From Asterias rubens (Eukaryota): 64,000 nucleotides of DNA. Of the stretch, positions 38,001 to 50,110 are shown one piece after another (position 1 is the stretch's first letter; each line of letters begins with the position of its first letter). The notes beneath the pieces were generated by a model, which worked only from the letters and a program-made list of their open reading frames with translations, did no database searches and was not told where the DNA came from. The DNA lies in NCBI RefSeq assembly GCF_902459465.1, contig NC_047074.1, forward strand, positions 1,550,001 through 1,614,000. The letters are read 5' to 3'. Position numbers and translations under genes: made by a program.

Positions 38001-41000
38001 TTCTGTTTGAATCACCTTAACCAAGAGCTGTGTATTGAGAGAGAGTTCCAAAGTGGCGGGAACAGTTTTTCTTTGGCCATGTGGTGTGATGGGCGCCATT
38101 TTTTTTTTTTTTTAAACCAATATGCATTCAATCTGGAACCCTAAAGCCCGGTTCATACTTCCTGCGAATGCGAACGCGATACGAATGTTGACGTCACAAA
38201 TTTGCAACGAAATTCGCACTGAGTTGAATCGTGTTCGACTCACTTGCGAATATCGCTGCGAAAGGAGGGTTGTGACGTCAAATTCATGTCAAATTCGCTT
38301 CGTATTCGCATTCGCAGGAAGTATGAACCGGGCTTTATTGTGTACATTTGTTCAAAACTCACGAGGACAAACCCTGAATAAAAGGCGTTGTATACCTTTG
38401 TTTTTTTGGAACTCTTTGATTGCTGTTTTGTCCACCCAGGAAAAGTACATAATTTTCAGTCTAAAAAAGCGTTACTCCTTGCGGTAATCTTTCCAATCTT
38501 TTGGGGAAAAAAGCGATACAATTTTCCATAACCGCAGTACTTCAAAGTGAAATGGCTCTCAAAATGCATTGTACTATCCAAAGCTGCTGCACTTCTTACC
38601 ACCTAAGGTTTTATTGCCACTACCTTTAAAGGCAGTGGACACTATTGGTAATTGTCAAAGACTAGCCTTCACAGTTTGTGTATCTCAACGTATGCATAAA
38701 ATAACAAACCTATGAAAATTTGAGCTCAATCGGTCATCGAACTTGCGAGATAATAATGAAAGAAAAAAACACCCTTGTCACACAAAGTTGTGTGCGTTCA
38801 GATGGTTGATTTCGAGACCTCAAGTTCTAAATCTGAGGTCTCGAAATCAAATTCGTGGAAAATTACTTCTTTCTCGAAAACTATGGCACTTCAGAGGGAG
38901 TCGTTTCTCACAATGTTTTATACCATCAACCTCTCCCCATTACTCGTCACCAAGAAAGGTTTATGCTAATAATTATTTTGAGTAATTACCAATAGTGTGC
39001 ACTGCCTTTAAGTCATTTAAAAATTTGTTCAGCCATCTATTTTACCAACTTCTTCCTAACTAAGGATTGATCTTAGGACTTAGGATTTAGTTCCGTATTA
39101 CTAGACGTTAAAGCCATTGGACCCTTTCGGTTCAGAAAAAAAAGAAAAAAGTTCACAGATTTACAAATAACTTACAGGGTTTACAGAAGGCAATGGTGAA
39201 AGATATCTCTTGAAATATTATTCCACAAAATGCTTTACTTTTTGAGAAAACAGCAAAACAATATAAATTCTCGTTAACGAGAATTACGGATTTATTTTAA
39301 ATACATGTCATGATACGGCGAAACGCGCGGAAACAAGGGTTGGTTTTTCCGTTGTTTTCTCCCGACTCCCTTTAACCTTCAATCTCCAATCTTACCCTCA
39401 ACAGAGATGCTTGGAACGGAGTGAATATTGCTCTACTCTGCCTCAACATGTTCGGTTGTCTCATCTACAACTTGATCAACACGGCCGTCGTCGTCAACTA
39501 CACTGTGCAATGTGAAACCATCATCTGCTTTGTTCGTAGCATTCGGGAACGCCTGCTGGAGAAGACTAGTGACCTGCGAATGATCATGCATGTGAGTTGT
39601 GTCTCGCACTCTTGTGTCTCTGATCAGTAGAGAATGGGTTCAAATCCAGGTCTAGACACTGAATTCAATTCAATTCACGTTATTATCACCAATGGCAAAT
39701 TCACTTTGGCCTTTATACATCAAATTCACAAAATTTACATAAAAGTCTTTACGTAATTCTTTAAAGGCACTGGACATCTTTGGTAATTGTCAATGATCAG
39801 TAGGATCCAGTCTCACTCTCGTCAATTTGTATTTGTTCAGCCAAAAATGTCTTGATTTTTCAACGAGTGTGTCTTTATATTTTTAACTCAGGATATTTTA
39901 AAAGTCTGGCAGGCCACGCAGCAGCTAAATGGACCAATGGCGAAGATGATGTCGTTGTGTGCCTTTAACTTCGCTTCGCTGGTCATAGTAGGTAGGTAAC
40001 TTTCAATAGCTTTCATTATTCTCTTGCAAACTCGATGACCAATTGAGTTCAAATTTTCACAGGTTTGTTATTTGATGCATATGTTGGGATACACCAAGTG
40101 AGATTACTGTTCTTTGAAAATTACAAAAGGTATCCAGTGCCTTAACTTGCTTGTTTTCTTCATTTTTAAGACAGTTTATTTAGATTTCCCCTTAATTTGG
40201 TTGCTTTAACTTTTTTACCAGGTCTCTGCTAATTGCTGATTCATTACAACTTGTGTTCAATCTCACAAATAAAATGCTTTTTACTTTGTGTCTGTTTTGC
40301 TCCTGAATAAGGTCTTCAACTGTTTCATGTCTGTTAAAAACTCATTTGTTTGCAGCTTCTAATTTGTAATGTGTTTACTTGTTCTTGTATCCTTCACTCA
40401 TTGTATATTATTTTATTGTTCTCTTTTTATTCCCTTAGAGGCTTTTGCATTAGGCAGTTTTGCAACTTTATTATTATTATTATGCTTCCCTGTTGGCTTG
40501 ACTGATTACATTCTACAACTACAAGTTACAGCACTGTAACTTGTAGTTGTAGAAGATATAATTCTGATTTGCCTGCCTTATTAGTGTTCTTGACAGAATA
40601 TTTACTACTGATATTAATATAATTTTTTTACTTTTTTTGTTATTATAATTACTATGCTGATATTACTAATCTGTTTGTTTGTTTAGCTTTCATTATTTCG
40701 TGCCTTTGTTATTTGTTATTTATTAAACCACAGCTGTTTTATGTATGTAGTTTTTAGGCCTAATTACAACCTTACCCTATTGCTGTTATTTATTTTACCA
40801 AGCCATAACCCAACTGCTATTTCATGACCTTATTTGTCATTCATTTCATATATTGTACGCCCTATGTTTACAGGTATAAGCCTACTGCTGTTTCATCGTA
40901 ACGTACAAACCACGCCGTTAGTGGTCACATATCGTATGTGCTATCTACTCGTCTGGCTGACTATTCTGGTGTTTCCTTTTGTACAGGTAAAACGTTTGAG

Positions 41001-42234
41001 CAAACCAGGGCTCGATTTCACAAAGCACAAAGATTTATCTCAAGATGAGTTGACAAGATTACTGTAGTTGCATCCCCTCAAGGTGATCCCCTGGCTGATG
41101 CCTCCCAGGTTTTATCGTAAACTTGAGTGTGATCTCTTGTCACACGGCAGTTAACGGTTGTATGTCTTCTGACTAGCAATCTCGAACAAAGATATTGACA
41201 AAAAAGGGAGACTGACTAGTTAGTAGTAAACATAAACATCCACAGGTTGTTGGTTCAAATCATGCTCTAGTAAACTCTCCACTGTTCAACCCAAAATCAG
41301 TTAAGATTGAAACACAGTTAAGATCAAATTTAACTCTTTGTGAAGTCAATTTTAATATTCCTTGAAGTTATGTTTTTTTTTTTTGTGATTCCACGACAGA
41401 ACAAAAGTTTGCTTTTTTGTAGAACCAAACTTTGTACTCTACAAAATTGCAAACCATTGTTCTTCTGCTAGTTGTATTAATTCATAACTCATATTTATGA
41501 AGGGTTAATTTTAAATTTTCTATTGCATGTTTCTCATCAAGTCAATTTGTTCTGGTGCTTTAACAGGCTGCTAGACTGAGTGCCACGTACAATAAGTTTG
41601 AGCAAGCAGCATTGGAGATGCGGGTGTTCGGGTACCAGACCGCCTCGCCACAGGAGTTGGACTCCTTTCTGCAGTTTGTGTCGACAGCCAAGTGCAAGGT
41701 ATACCTACTCATTTCAAGTTTACCAGTCTCCTGATGATAACAAGACCAATTAAGAACTCACTCTGAAGCAGTGAAAATAATAATGTAAAGTCCACTCGAC
41801 CCGCGAACCAAAAAGTAGGAGTCCTGGCGGATTTCCTACCCTCCAACCAACTAATACGTGGGCCAGTTCTTTTCAGAACTGAGAAGTCTTCTGTAGAAAA
41901 TCTACTCCGCAGTAGTAGCATACATGTTATATAGCAAAACATTTCTCAAAAGAACATAATCTACCCAGCAAGTAGATCTACACATGGTGTCACCACAAAC
42001 TTAATGAACATTAATACCTCCGATGCAACGCCTCAAATCACGGTAAGTTTAAAATATGTAGTTATAGCTTCAAACATTAGAGGATGTTTGTTTTTTATTT
42101 CAATATTACAGGTTCGACTTCTGTTCATTCCCGTCATGAATGCCAATGTTTACGGGACGCTCCTCTTAGTGTCGTTCCTACTGCTGATCCTGGTTCAGAC
42201 TGGAGTTATCAAAGGTCCGTCAAACTACCTCTAG
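35042..42234 (+). CDS. Seven-transmembrane gustatory-receptor-like (GRL/7TMIC superfamily) candidate, ~487 aa (alternative ATG 35021); exons 35042-35182, 35488-35595, 35857-36021, 36481-36699, 37500-37567, 37877-37984, 39405-39591, 39892-39991, 40874-40986, 41567-41698, 42112-42234
   Basis: Eleven exons join in frame (1464 nt) through canonical GT-AG sites, giving seven hydrophobic segments. The C-terminus ELDSFLQFVSTAKCKVRLLFIPV...GTLLLVSFLLLILVQT resembles the GR TM7 TYhhhhhQF region. The gene model is well supported; the family call is moderate. Confidence 0.75.
38626..39011. mobile_element. TTAA-flanked MITE family A (Kolobok-type); also 19169-19531, 22433-22816, 29197-29592, 56968-57353
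   Basis: TTAA-AGGCAGTGGACACTATTGGTAATT...AATTACCAATAGTGT(G/C)CACTGCCT-TTAA, with a shared ~385-bp body. Confidence 0.85.
41725..42040 (+). mobile_element. Diverged copy of the hammerhead-headed element, stem II deleted
   Basis: gtctc-CTGATGA, then a jump to agaccaatt.agaact; shared ttctttcagaactgagaagtct and caagtagat.tacacatggtgt blocks. Confidence 0.6.
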
Positions 42235-42364
42235 TGGCTGTGAAGCAAGAAAGACGCTCCGTACGTGAGTCACCCATTAAAAACAGACCCGAGTTTGTCC
42301 TTGAGTTCTGGTTGGTACTCACCCATTTTACAAAGAGCTGGGCCTAATTTTATTGCTCTGCATA

Positions 42365-42777
42365 CTTCAATTAATCAATCATCAATCGTAAATTTATAAC
42401 GCACTAATCCAACAGTCGTTGCTCATAGCGCCGTACAGTAAAAAAAAGAAGTTGAGATTTAAGGAGAGTTTTGAAATTTGAAGTAGATTGCCTGATGTTT
42501 TCAGGAAGATGATTCCACATCCTTGGTGCTGCGATAGAAAAGGAACGATCCCCCCAACTGTGTTTAGTTCTTTGAATGTGAAAAATTGAAATGTGGGAAC
42601 AGGAATACAGATTTCTAACAGGTTCTTTGATTGACAATAAGTCAATGAGATATGAAGGGGCTGAGGCATTGAGGCAGCAAAACACAAGCAGGAGGATCTT
42701 AAATTGAGAGCGTGACTCTTCAGGATTGGTGTCACATGATCACATTTTTGGCACATACTACCAAACGAGCTGCCCAA
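42365..42777 (-). mobile_element. L2/CR1-group LINE 3' remnant (frameshifted ORF2 C-terminus plus tail)
   Basis: DHVTPILKS...APSYLIDLL...GDRSFSIAAPRMWNHLPENIR...FKTLLK across two frames, followed by a gatt-rich tail. Confidence 0.8.
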
Positions 42778-45620
42778 TTCTGAAGTTTTTGGATGGTCAT
42801 ATTTGCTTACTGTGCAAACGGCAAATTTCTACAAAACCTGTGTAAGCGAAGAGTGCCTAGAAACATGGAGTACGTACATAAACAAGCAAAACTTTCCTGC
42901 TACTTTTGAATTACGTGGGACTTAAGTTCCTTACTTCCAGAAGTGCTGATGCTAAGCTTATGGTAAGCAGAGCCTTTAAATTGGGCCCAGTTCTCAACAT
43001 AATCTTTCTGTTTGAGGTGTCACTGCCTGTGAGTTTACTGACAAAAATATCAACAAAATTTTACAGATTCTATGACATGAAGTATTGGAAAAAATGTGTT
43101 TTAAAGCAGCTTTGAATGATACAAATCAACCAAACTTAAGAAATTGGATAAGAAAAGGTAGGACTTTCTCTCTGCTCTTCAGCATTTTGATTATTTGAGG
43201 CTTGTGAGTCAGAATCACTATGCCTTGGGGAAGTGGGTTCCAGGCAGGATGGAATGGTTATAAAACAACCACTTTACTGATAACGGCTGAAGAGTCACAG
43301 TAAAACCGGTCAGTAGGATTAAGAAATTTTAGTAAGTGGGAAATTTATGGATGATGATGACAGTGAAGGAATCTTCACGCGACTCCAGTACTAACTTCCC
43401 ACAAATTAACTTTTTTATTTTTGTTAATTAATTTTGGTGACCAAAAAAACAGATATTAGTTTTTTTGGTATGAACCGGCAAAACTATTGCAAGACTACTT
43501 TATTATTCTTGTTTGATATTGGATATCATTACTGAGGCTGAACCATTGTTTACTCTTTAGTTTATTTTCTTTGAGAGCACAGATAAGGACTAAATAAGTC
43601 CCAAACTGTCTGAACAATTGTTCAAAGTTTTGTGTTTGATAGATGAAAGTTGGTTAATTAAAAACAGTACTCCTTGTGAAACCAGCTTTTATAAAAAGAA
43701 AAGATACAAACTTGTAACACTGAAATACAAACTTTTCTTTTTGAAATATTGGTGTCTTGGAGCATTATTTTGGAAATTCTTGATGGCTTCAGATTATCGG
43801 CAAACTGGAGCTTGAATAGCGCCCTCATTGTGTGAAACTTTGGAAAATTTATATTTCCTATAGTTATAATTCATTGACTTTCCAAAAACTGACCAATGCG
43901 TTGGTCTCTAAGAGAGACAGTATTATTGCAGTATTATTGTCAAAAGATGTTCTTCCATTTTAATAATTTCATTAATTATTCATTAATCTTAAATGTGAAT
44001 AGTCAACAAGCTTGTCAGTGCTATCAAAAATATATTTTGCAAAAACAGATCCTGTTTGTTGCACAATTTTGATGTATACTTAGATCCATATAGATAAATA
44101 TATTAATTTTTGTGATGTTTCCAAGTACCAATAATTTTTTATAACAAGTCAAAAGAAAGACTTAAATCAACTCGGACGGAGCCATTTTTAAGGCAGAGAC
44201 TATGTTTCAAAAATGGTTTGATACAAATAAATTATTCCTTTTGAAAATTAAATTTTCAAAATATATGACTTAAATTTAATATAAAACCACATTATAACAA
44301 TTTAAAGTTACTCAGCATTATATATTTTATCGTAATTAAGCATACAGTTAAGAGTATACTTCAGTTCTTTTACTTTTCAACTACTATCTATAAAGTCTAA
44401 CAAACAAGAATTGTTAATTTTGAAATGTTTTTCATTATACTTTTGAAAAGAAGTTTTGAATAATTTATTTTGATTTACAAAAGGAGTTTTATTTCTTTGA
44501 TTTTCTGTAAAATGTTTTGTAAACCGAAAACTAGCCTTTATATGCAATATATTTACATTTAAAAGTATTTAAATAGTGTGCTCTAACGGACATTTTAGAA
44601 TGTGAAATCCATAGTTTTAAATCATTTTTTACTTCATCCCGACAAAACAATGTCTCTCTGGGCACAGCCCATCAAGTTCATCAATTAATTCTTAGGGCCA
44701 TTTCGAAACCACTGCTTCAGCTTTGGTTTTCTGTTTCAAAGTTCCCTGTGCAATTTTTTAAATCGTGAATACAGATTTTAAGCACACATTAAAGGGCACC
44801 AGACGAAATTGAGTGAGAAATAAAGGCACCTCCGAAACCTCGTCTTGGGTTCGGGTTCTTAGCTCCGTTTTGATATTTGGAACTCACTGCAAAAATTAAT
44901 GTCCACTGTTCCGAAATCCAAGTGGGATCGCGAGCTGGAGCCCAAGTCGATGTTTGGGGACGAGGTACCGTCCCTGTGGGGACGAAACGGCCTTGCTCCC
45001 TGAGAACGAGGAGTCGCTCGTTACGGTTTAAACAGCATTTTCCAACACTTGTAAAATGAAATAAAAAGTGGCAAAGAGTAAAAACTTTGATGTTCGTCTT
45101 TTTATTGTTGAGGATAGGAGGATTATCTTTGTTGGGCCTCACGAGTTAAACATGTTGGTTCCGCAGAGCACTGTTATATTGATGTGTCCTCAATTTCTTT
45201 TTTACACGCGCGTGAATCATAAGGTGTGAACGGCGGGTACCCGGGAAGCACTTTGTTGTCATCCTCATGTTCATCTTTTTTAAGGATTCTTCACATATTT
45301 TGAATCGATTTCTAAGAACAAAGATTCACTAACGAAAAGCACTACGACAGTCACAATTTGATGTACCGAAAACAAAATTCCACCCGGGGAACTGGGAAAC
45401 TGTTTGGATACGCGCGAAACTTGAAGCGTGATATCGCCGCGTGTGAGCTAGCGCGGAACGCCGAAGCCGGAGTCCCCAAAAAGAATGCGTGCATTTCAGA
45501 AACCCTGCATCCAGTCTAGTATATACTACACCATAAATGCTTATCGAGACACCGTTTATGACTTGAAATAACAAGATTTTGAAAGAAAAGTAATTGTTTG
45601 AAGTGTAAGAGACACAGAGA

Positions 45621-47461
45621 ATGGGGTTTGGTCAGTCGAAGAAAAAGGAGAGTCTTGAAAGTGTGCAACTAGACAGAGGAAGCAGATCGGTAAGCCTGAG
45701 TTTAAATCTTAAATAAACAAAATTATAGGTCTATAACTTTCTCATGGTCATGTCACACAAGGCAATTTTATTTTACAAGCAGCCAGCTCCAGACAAACAA
45801 AGAAGAGAATCCATTTACATTTGATTTTTTTACAAACTGTTTTTTGGGGGATCGTTACTCGTAAGACATTGTTTGAAAAAAATGCTCTCGACTTGTGCAA
45901 AATTTGTCTTGGACCATGCCCGTTTTAAAATAATTTTAATATAATAAAAAAAAAAGGAATTTTTGTTAGAAATGTTTGACATTGACTATTCTGAATGGTC
46001 CTCCTTATGTCTTAGGCCTATAATGGTTTTAAAACTTCCCCAACTTTGTCCCCCTCAAAACAGGAAAGGGGGTCCATACATAGCTCCAATTTATCGGACG
46101 ATTCTGAGTGGTTTGTATCACCACCTACTTCACTCGTCAACGGCTTCACTAACTTCTTTGAGTTCCCAAAGAGGAGTCGTGCAATCGCCAAGCCCACGGT
46201 AGACTACAACCAAGCTCATCAAGAGAATGTGAAACAGTGTCTCTGTCACACAAAGACGGTAAGTTGTCATGAAAAAACTCGGGGCTAAACTGCGGGGTTA
46301 AATTTCAGCTGCTTCAGGCAGGATAAATTGCTTAAAAAATGTCAAACTTCGTGGGTTCAATCCGGCAAAGCTATTTCAGTGATTTCACTAGAGTATTTTT
46401 TATACTGAATCACAATTAGTATGTGCAACTTTTCCTCATCTGAACAAACAAGTTAATAAAAACCCGTACAAACGACCCCAACAAACCAATTTTTTCTGTC
46501 TCTACAGGTACCACGTCCGAGCAACGGTAAACTTGAAAGCAAAGCAACTATAACTGTGCAAGAAGAAACTGCCAAGCATTCTTCAAATGGTGAATCATCA
46601 ACCCACTTTCCGAAAGAGTTGAAAAATCAAGGCATCAAAGATGTTAAGAAAACCAACCAGTTCAGCAACCACCAAGGGGAGCCTCAACCAAGGCAGAACG
46701 GTGGGAATTTTAGTGATTCAGGCACCCCAAGGTTTGGCAAGAGTGACAAACCACGTTCCGCCACATTGTCCATTCTGGAGTTACCTGGCAACCAGAGGCA
46801 GTATTTCAATGAGAGGCGCCAAGCTGTTCAGGCAAAGTTAAGTAGGCAACCGCAGAAAGGAACGCAACCACAAAAACAGGGGCAGAGTTTGCAGCAGCAA
46901 CAGCAGCAGCCTAAACATCTACAAACAATACCGCAGCAAAGCATGCAGCAGCAAACTCAACCCAACCATCAAGAGAAAGTTGGTCAGCACACTCAGCAAG
47001 TTCACCAACAGCAAGAGCAGCAACAGCATCATAATGCAGTCTCCACGTCTTATGACGAGGGAGCTCAACGTCAAACGATTGACAAGCAAAAACCATCACA
47101 GCAACAGAAAAAACAACAAAAGCAGGAACCAAACCTGCAGCAGTCAATGCACCAGTTGTCCAAGGCAACTGCTCACCTACAGCAACTAAAGAAGCAAGTA
47201 GAACAGAATGTGAGTGAACAGCAGAAACTGCAACTAAAAACTGGAGCGAAACCCCAACAGCACATTGACGTGTCAGATCAACAGCAGCAGCCGCAACATA
47301 ACCTAAAACAACAACAAACAAAGCTATCCCAGTGTTCAACACAGCAAAATCACCACCAAGACAAGAAGCTGCCAACTGCACTTTTACAGCAGCAAGTTCC
47401 GCCTCAGGACAACACGCCCCTGATTAAATCACAAGCCCAGCAGAAACAACAGCAGCCGAGT

Positions 47462-47500
<39 letters not shown>

Positions 47501-50110
47501 GAGAAGCTGCAAGAAGAGAAGCCAAAAAAGAAAGGTAAACATCAGGAAAAACTACCAACAAAACAACCAGTTGATCAACAGCGAGTAGATGACAACCTTT
47601 CCAAGAAAACCAAGAAACTGACGAAAAAAGAGCAGCGCGCTCTTGACTTGAAACATAAACAATGTGGTGATCTGCACCAACCAAACGAGAAGCAGTTACA
47701 ACAACAGAGCCAGGAGCTGAATCACTCGGCACTCCCAGAGCAGAATGCACGACAGGGCAAAGAGGAACCCAATCAGCAGCCAACAAGTATCAACGTCCAG
47801 GAGACAGCTAAACCTCTGCCACATCAGCGAACAAACCAACCACATGACACTCAGGAGCAAGAACAGCATCCCCAAAAAGTTGCCGTAACTGTCAGATTGA
47901 CATACGAAGCAGACAACACGCCGGCCAAACATGTGAAGCAACATGTAGTCGAGGATACACTAAAAGGAAAACCCATACCATTGATGGCTATCACCTTTCC
48001 AAAACATGGAGCAAACTTCACTCTTCGGCCTTCAAAGCTGAAGGCTACATTGGAAAGCAAGAAACAAGTTAACCCAACAACCTCGGGTGCCTCAAAAGAC
48101 CTAGTTGGGGAACCAACACATCTCTCTGTTGAAACAGTGGACACGTCAGACCACAGCCCTGACAATGCTTCCACAAAACAATCTGAAACGTCGAAAAAAA
48201 TCACAAAACGCCCGCTGACGCCATTTTTCCCACGGAAGAAGAAATCCCAAGAAAATTTTCCTACCAGCTCTACCGATGATTCACAAGAACATGATCTAAA
48301 ACAGAATGGCAATGAGGAGAAGCAGCACCAGCCCGAAATCCAAAAGCAACACTACAAGGAAAACGAACAACAGCAAAATCAACAAGGTCAGACACAACGA
48401 CAGCTGCAGAATCAACCAGAACATCAACAACAACTACCATCTCAGCAGCGGGGAAAACAAGAAGGGCCACAAATCATAACTCCGTTCGTTTTTCAAGGCA
48501 GCAAGGAACGTCCCAAGCTGAAGCCTGTTCACAGACTTCCCGACAAGTGCTCTTCTGAGCTCTCTACCAGCACAGCAGCGGTGCTTCAAGCTCAATTTAC
48601 ACGGAACCAGCCGTCCAAGTCCCCCAAAACGGCCAGGAAGCAGAAGCCAATTCAAGGTGACGCGAAGATGGAAAAGTTTAAACTGATTCAGAAGAATGAC
48701 TCCCCGGCTTCGACGACGACGACGGAGAAGTTGGACTGTTGTGCCATGAATTTGAATGACCCATCGGTGACCGTGACACACTGTGTTGCTCCCTGGGCCA
48801 TCGTCTGTAACAAAATGCCTGACCAGACGATTTCCTCAGATACACCCGTAGTTGGGAAGAAGGTTAAGTGCAAAACGTCTAAAACTGGCAAAACGAGTAA
48901 AGTGAGTCATCGGGAGGGTCATGGATTTTTCTCCAAGATATTTGGCAAGAAGACCACTACTGAAAAAAAGAAGAAACCCAAACACGTATGCTCTAAGACA
49001 GTATCAGAAGAAATGGAGACAATAACAAAACACATGGAGGACCTGAGATTGTCTTCTTCGACTTCAATTCACAAGGACGACGTCACGGAAGGCAAGACCG
49101 ACCGTCAGATTGCAGCAATGACTCCCTCGCCACTAGAGCAGGAACTCGGTCAAGACTCGGAGAGTTCTACCGAGGAGAGTGACAGCGCTACTGATCTTGA
49201 ACCTCCAAGTTGCCTGGAAGCCTGGGAGATAGCCGAAGACGTCGTCGAGAAGGCCCTGTTCCTCCTCCCAGTTCCAACTGCCGGCAAGTACGTCGTACCG
49301 GACAGCCCGTTCGAGCCCGAGTTCGTCAAAAGGCTCGTTGCAGACGCACTGGAGGCAAAGAGGGGACTGAAGAAGGTCAAAGAGGACCTGAAGCTCATGG
49401 AGAAGTTCCGAGATGCCCTCTTAAAGTTCTTCGAGGACAAGGAGATCAGTGATGTCATCCCACCCTGCAATCACCCTCCGGGAACGAACCAGTGTAACCT
49501 TCAACCCGTCATTCAACCGCTTGTAGATATACTTCGGCAAGTTCTTCAAGAACCTAAAGTTGCTAATGACCAGGCTAAGAAGGGACCCGAGACTCAGCAG
49601 ATAGAGACCAAACGAGAGGCAGAGACACAACAGCCACGTCCGAGGAGGTACATCAAGATCAGAAGGAAGTTGAAAACAGGACAGGTTCGTGATAAAAAAG
49701 AGAGCATTTTCTCAGTAAATGTTGTTGAAATTCAAAATACAATACCGTAATCTGGCCTGAGTTGTGACGAAAGTTTACAAAATTCAGAACCACAGTCAAA
49801 GAATCGGATGATATTTTAAACGAACTTGTAATATTGTATCCTTCCACATCGTTTCAAATCTCACTTTATATTGAAACAAATAACCAGGAATCTTCTGGCT
49901 ATTTTCCAGGCACCCACTCAGCTACTGATTCGCTTCTGCCAGGCCTGCGGGGATACCAAGCAGCCAGACGGTAGGAAGCTGATGAGCTGTGGCCGCTGCA
50001 AGGACGTGGTGTACTGCAGCAAGGAGTGCCAAGGTGTCGACTGGATCACCCACAAATTCACCTGCAGAGGGGGCGACAGGAGAGGGTTCTGCAAGCACCA
50101 CGGAATGTAG
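45621..50110 (+). CDS. Q-rich, largely disordered protein with N-terminal myristoylation motif and C-terminal MYND zinc finger, ~1229 aa; exons 45621-45689, 46016-46258, 46508-49684, 49910-50110
   Basis: A 3.2-kb open exon (ORF track 46556-49750). All junctions are phase 0 (tcg|gtaagc, acg|gtaagt, cag|gttcgt). The last exon encodes CQAC..CGRC...YCSKECQ..DW..HK..C. The start reads MGFGQSKKK. Confidence 0.8.

Noticed and set aside
46911-49630. Multiple antisense and off-frame ORFs of 66-156 aa
   Set aside because: They are shadows of the Q-rich exon, with no independent splice or homology support.
46556-49750. Treating the 1064-aa ORF as a complete intronless gene
   Set aside because: It starts at GTG inside an exon with an acceptor at 46507, and a phase-0 donor at 49684 joins the MYND exon.
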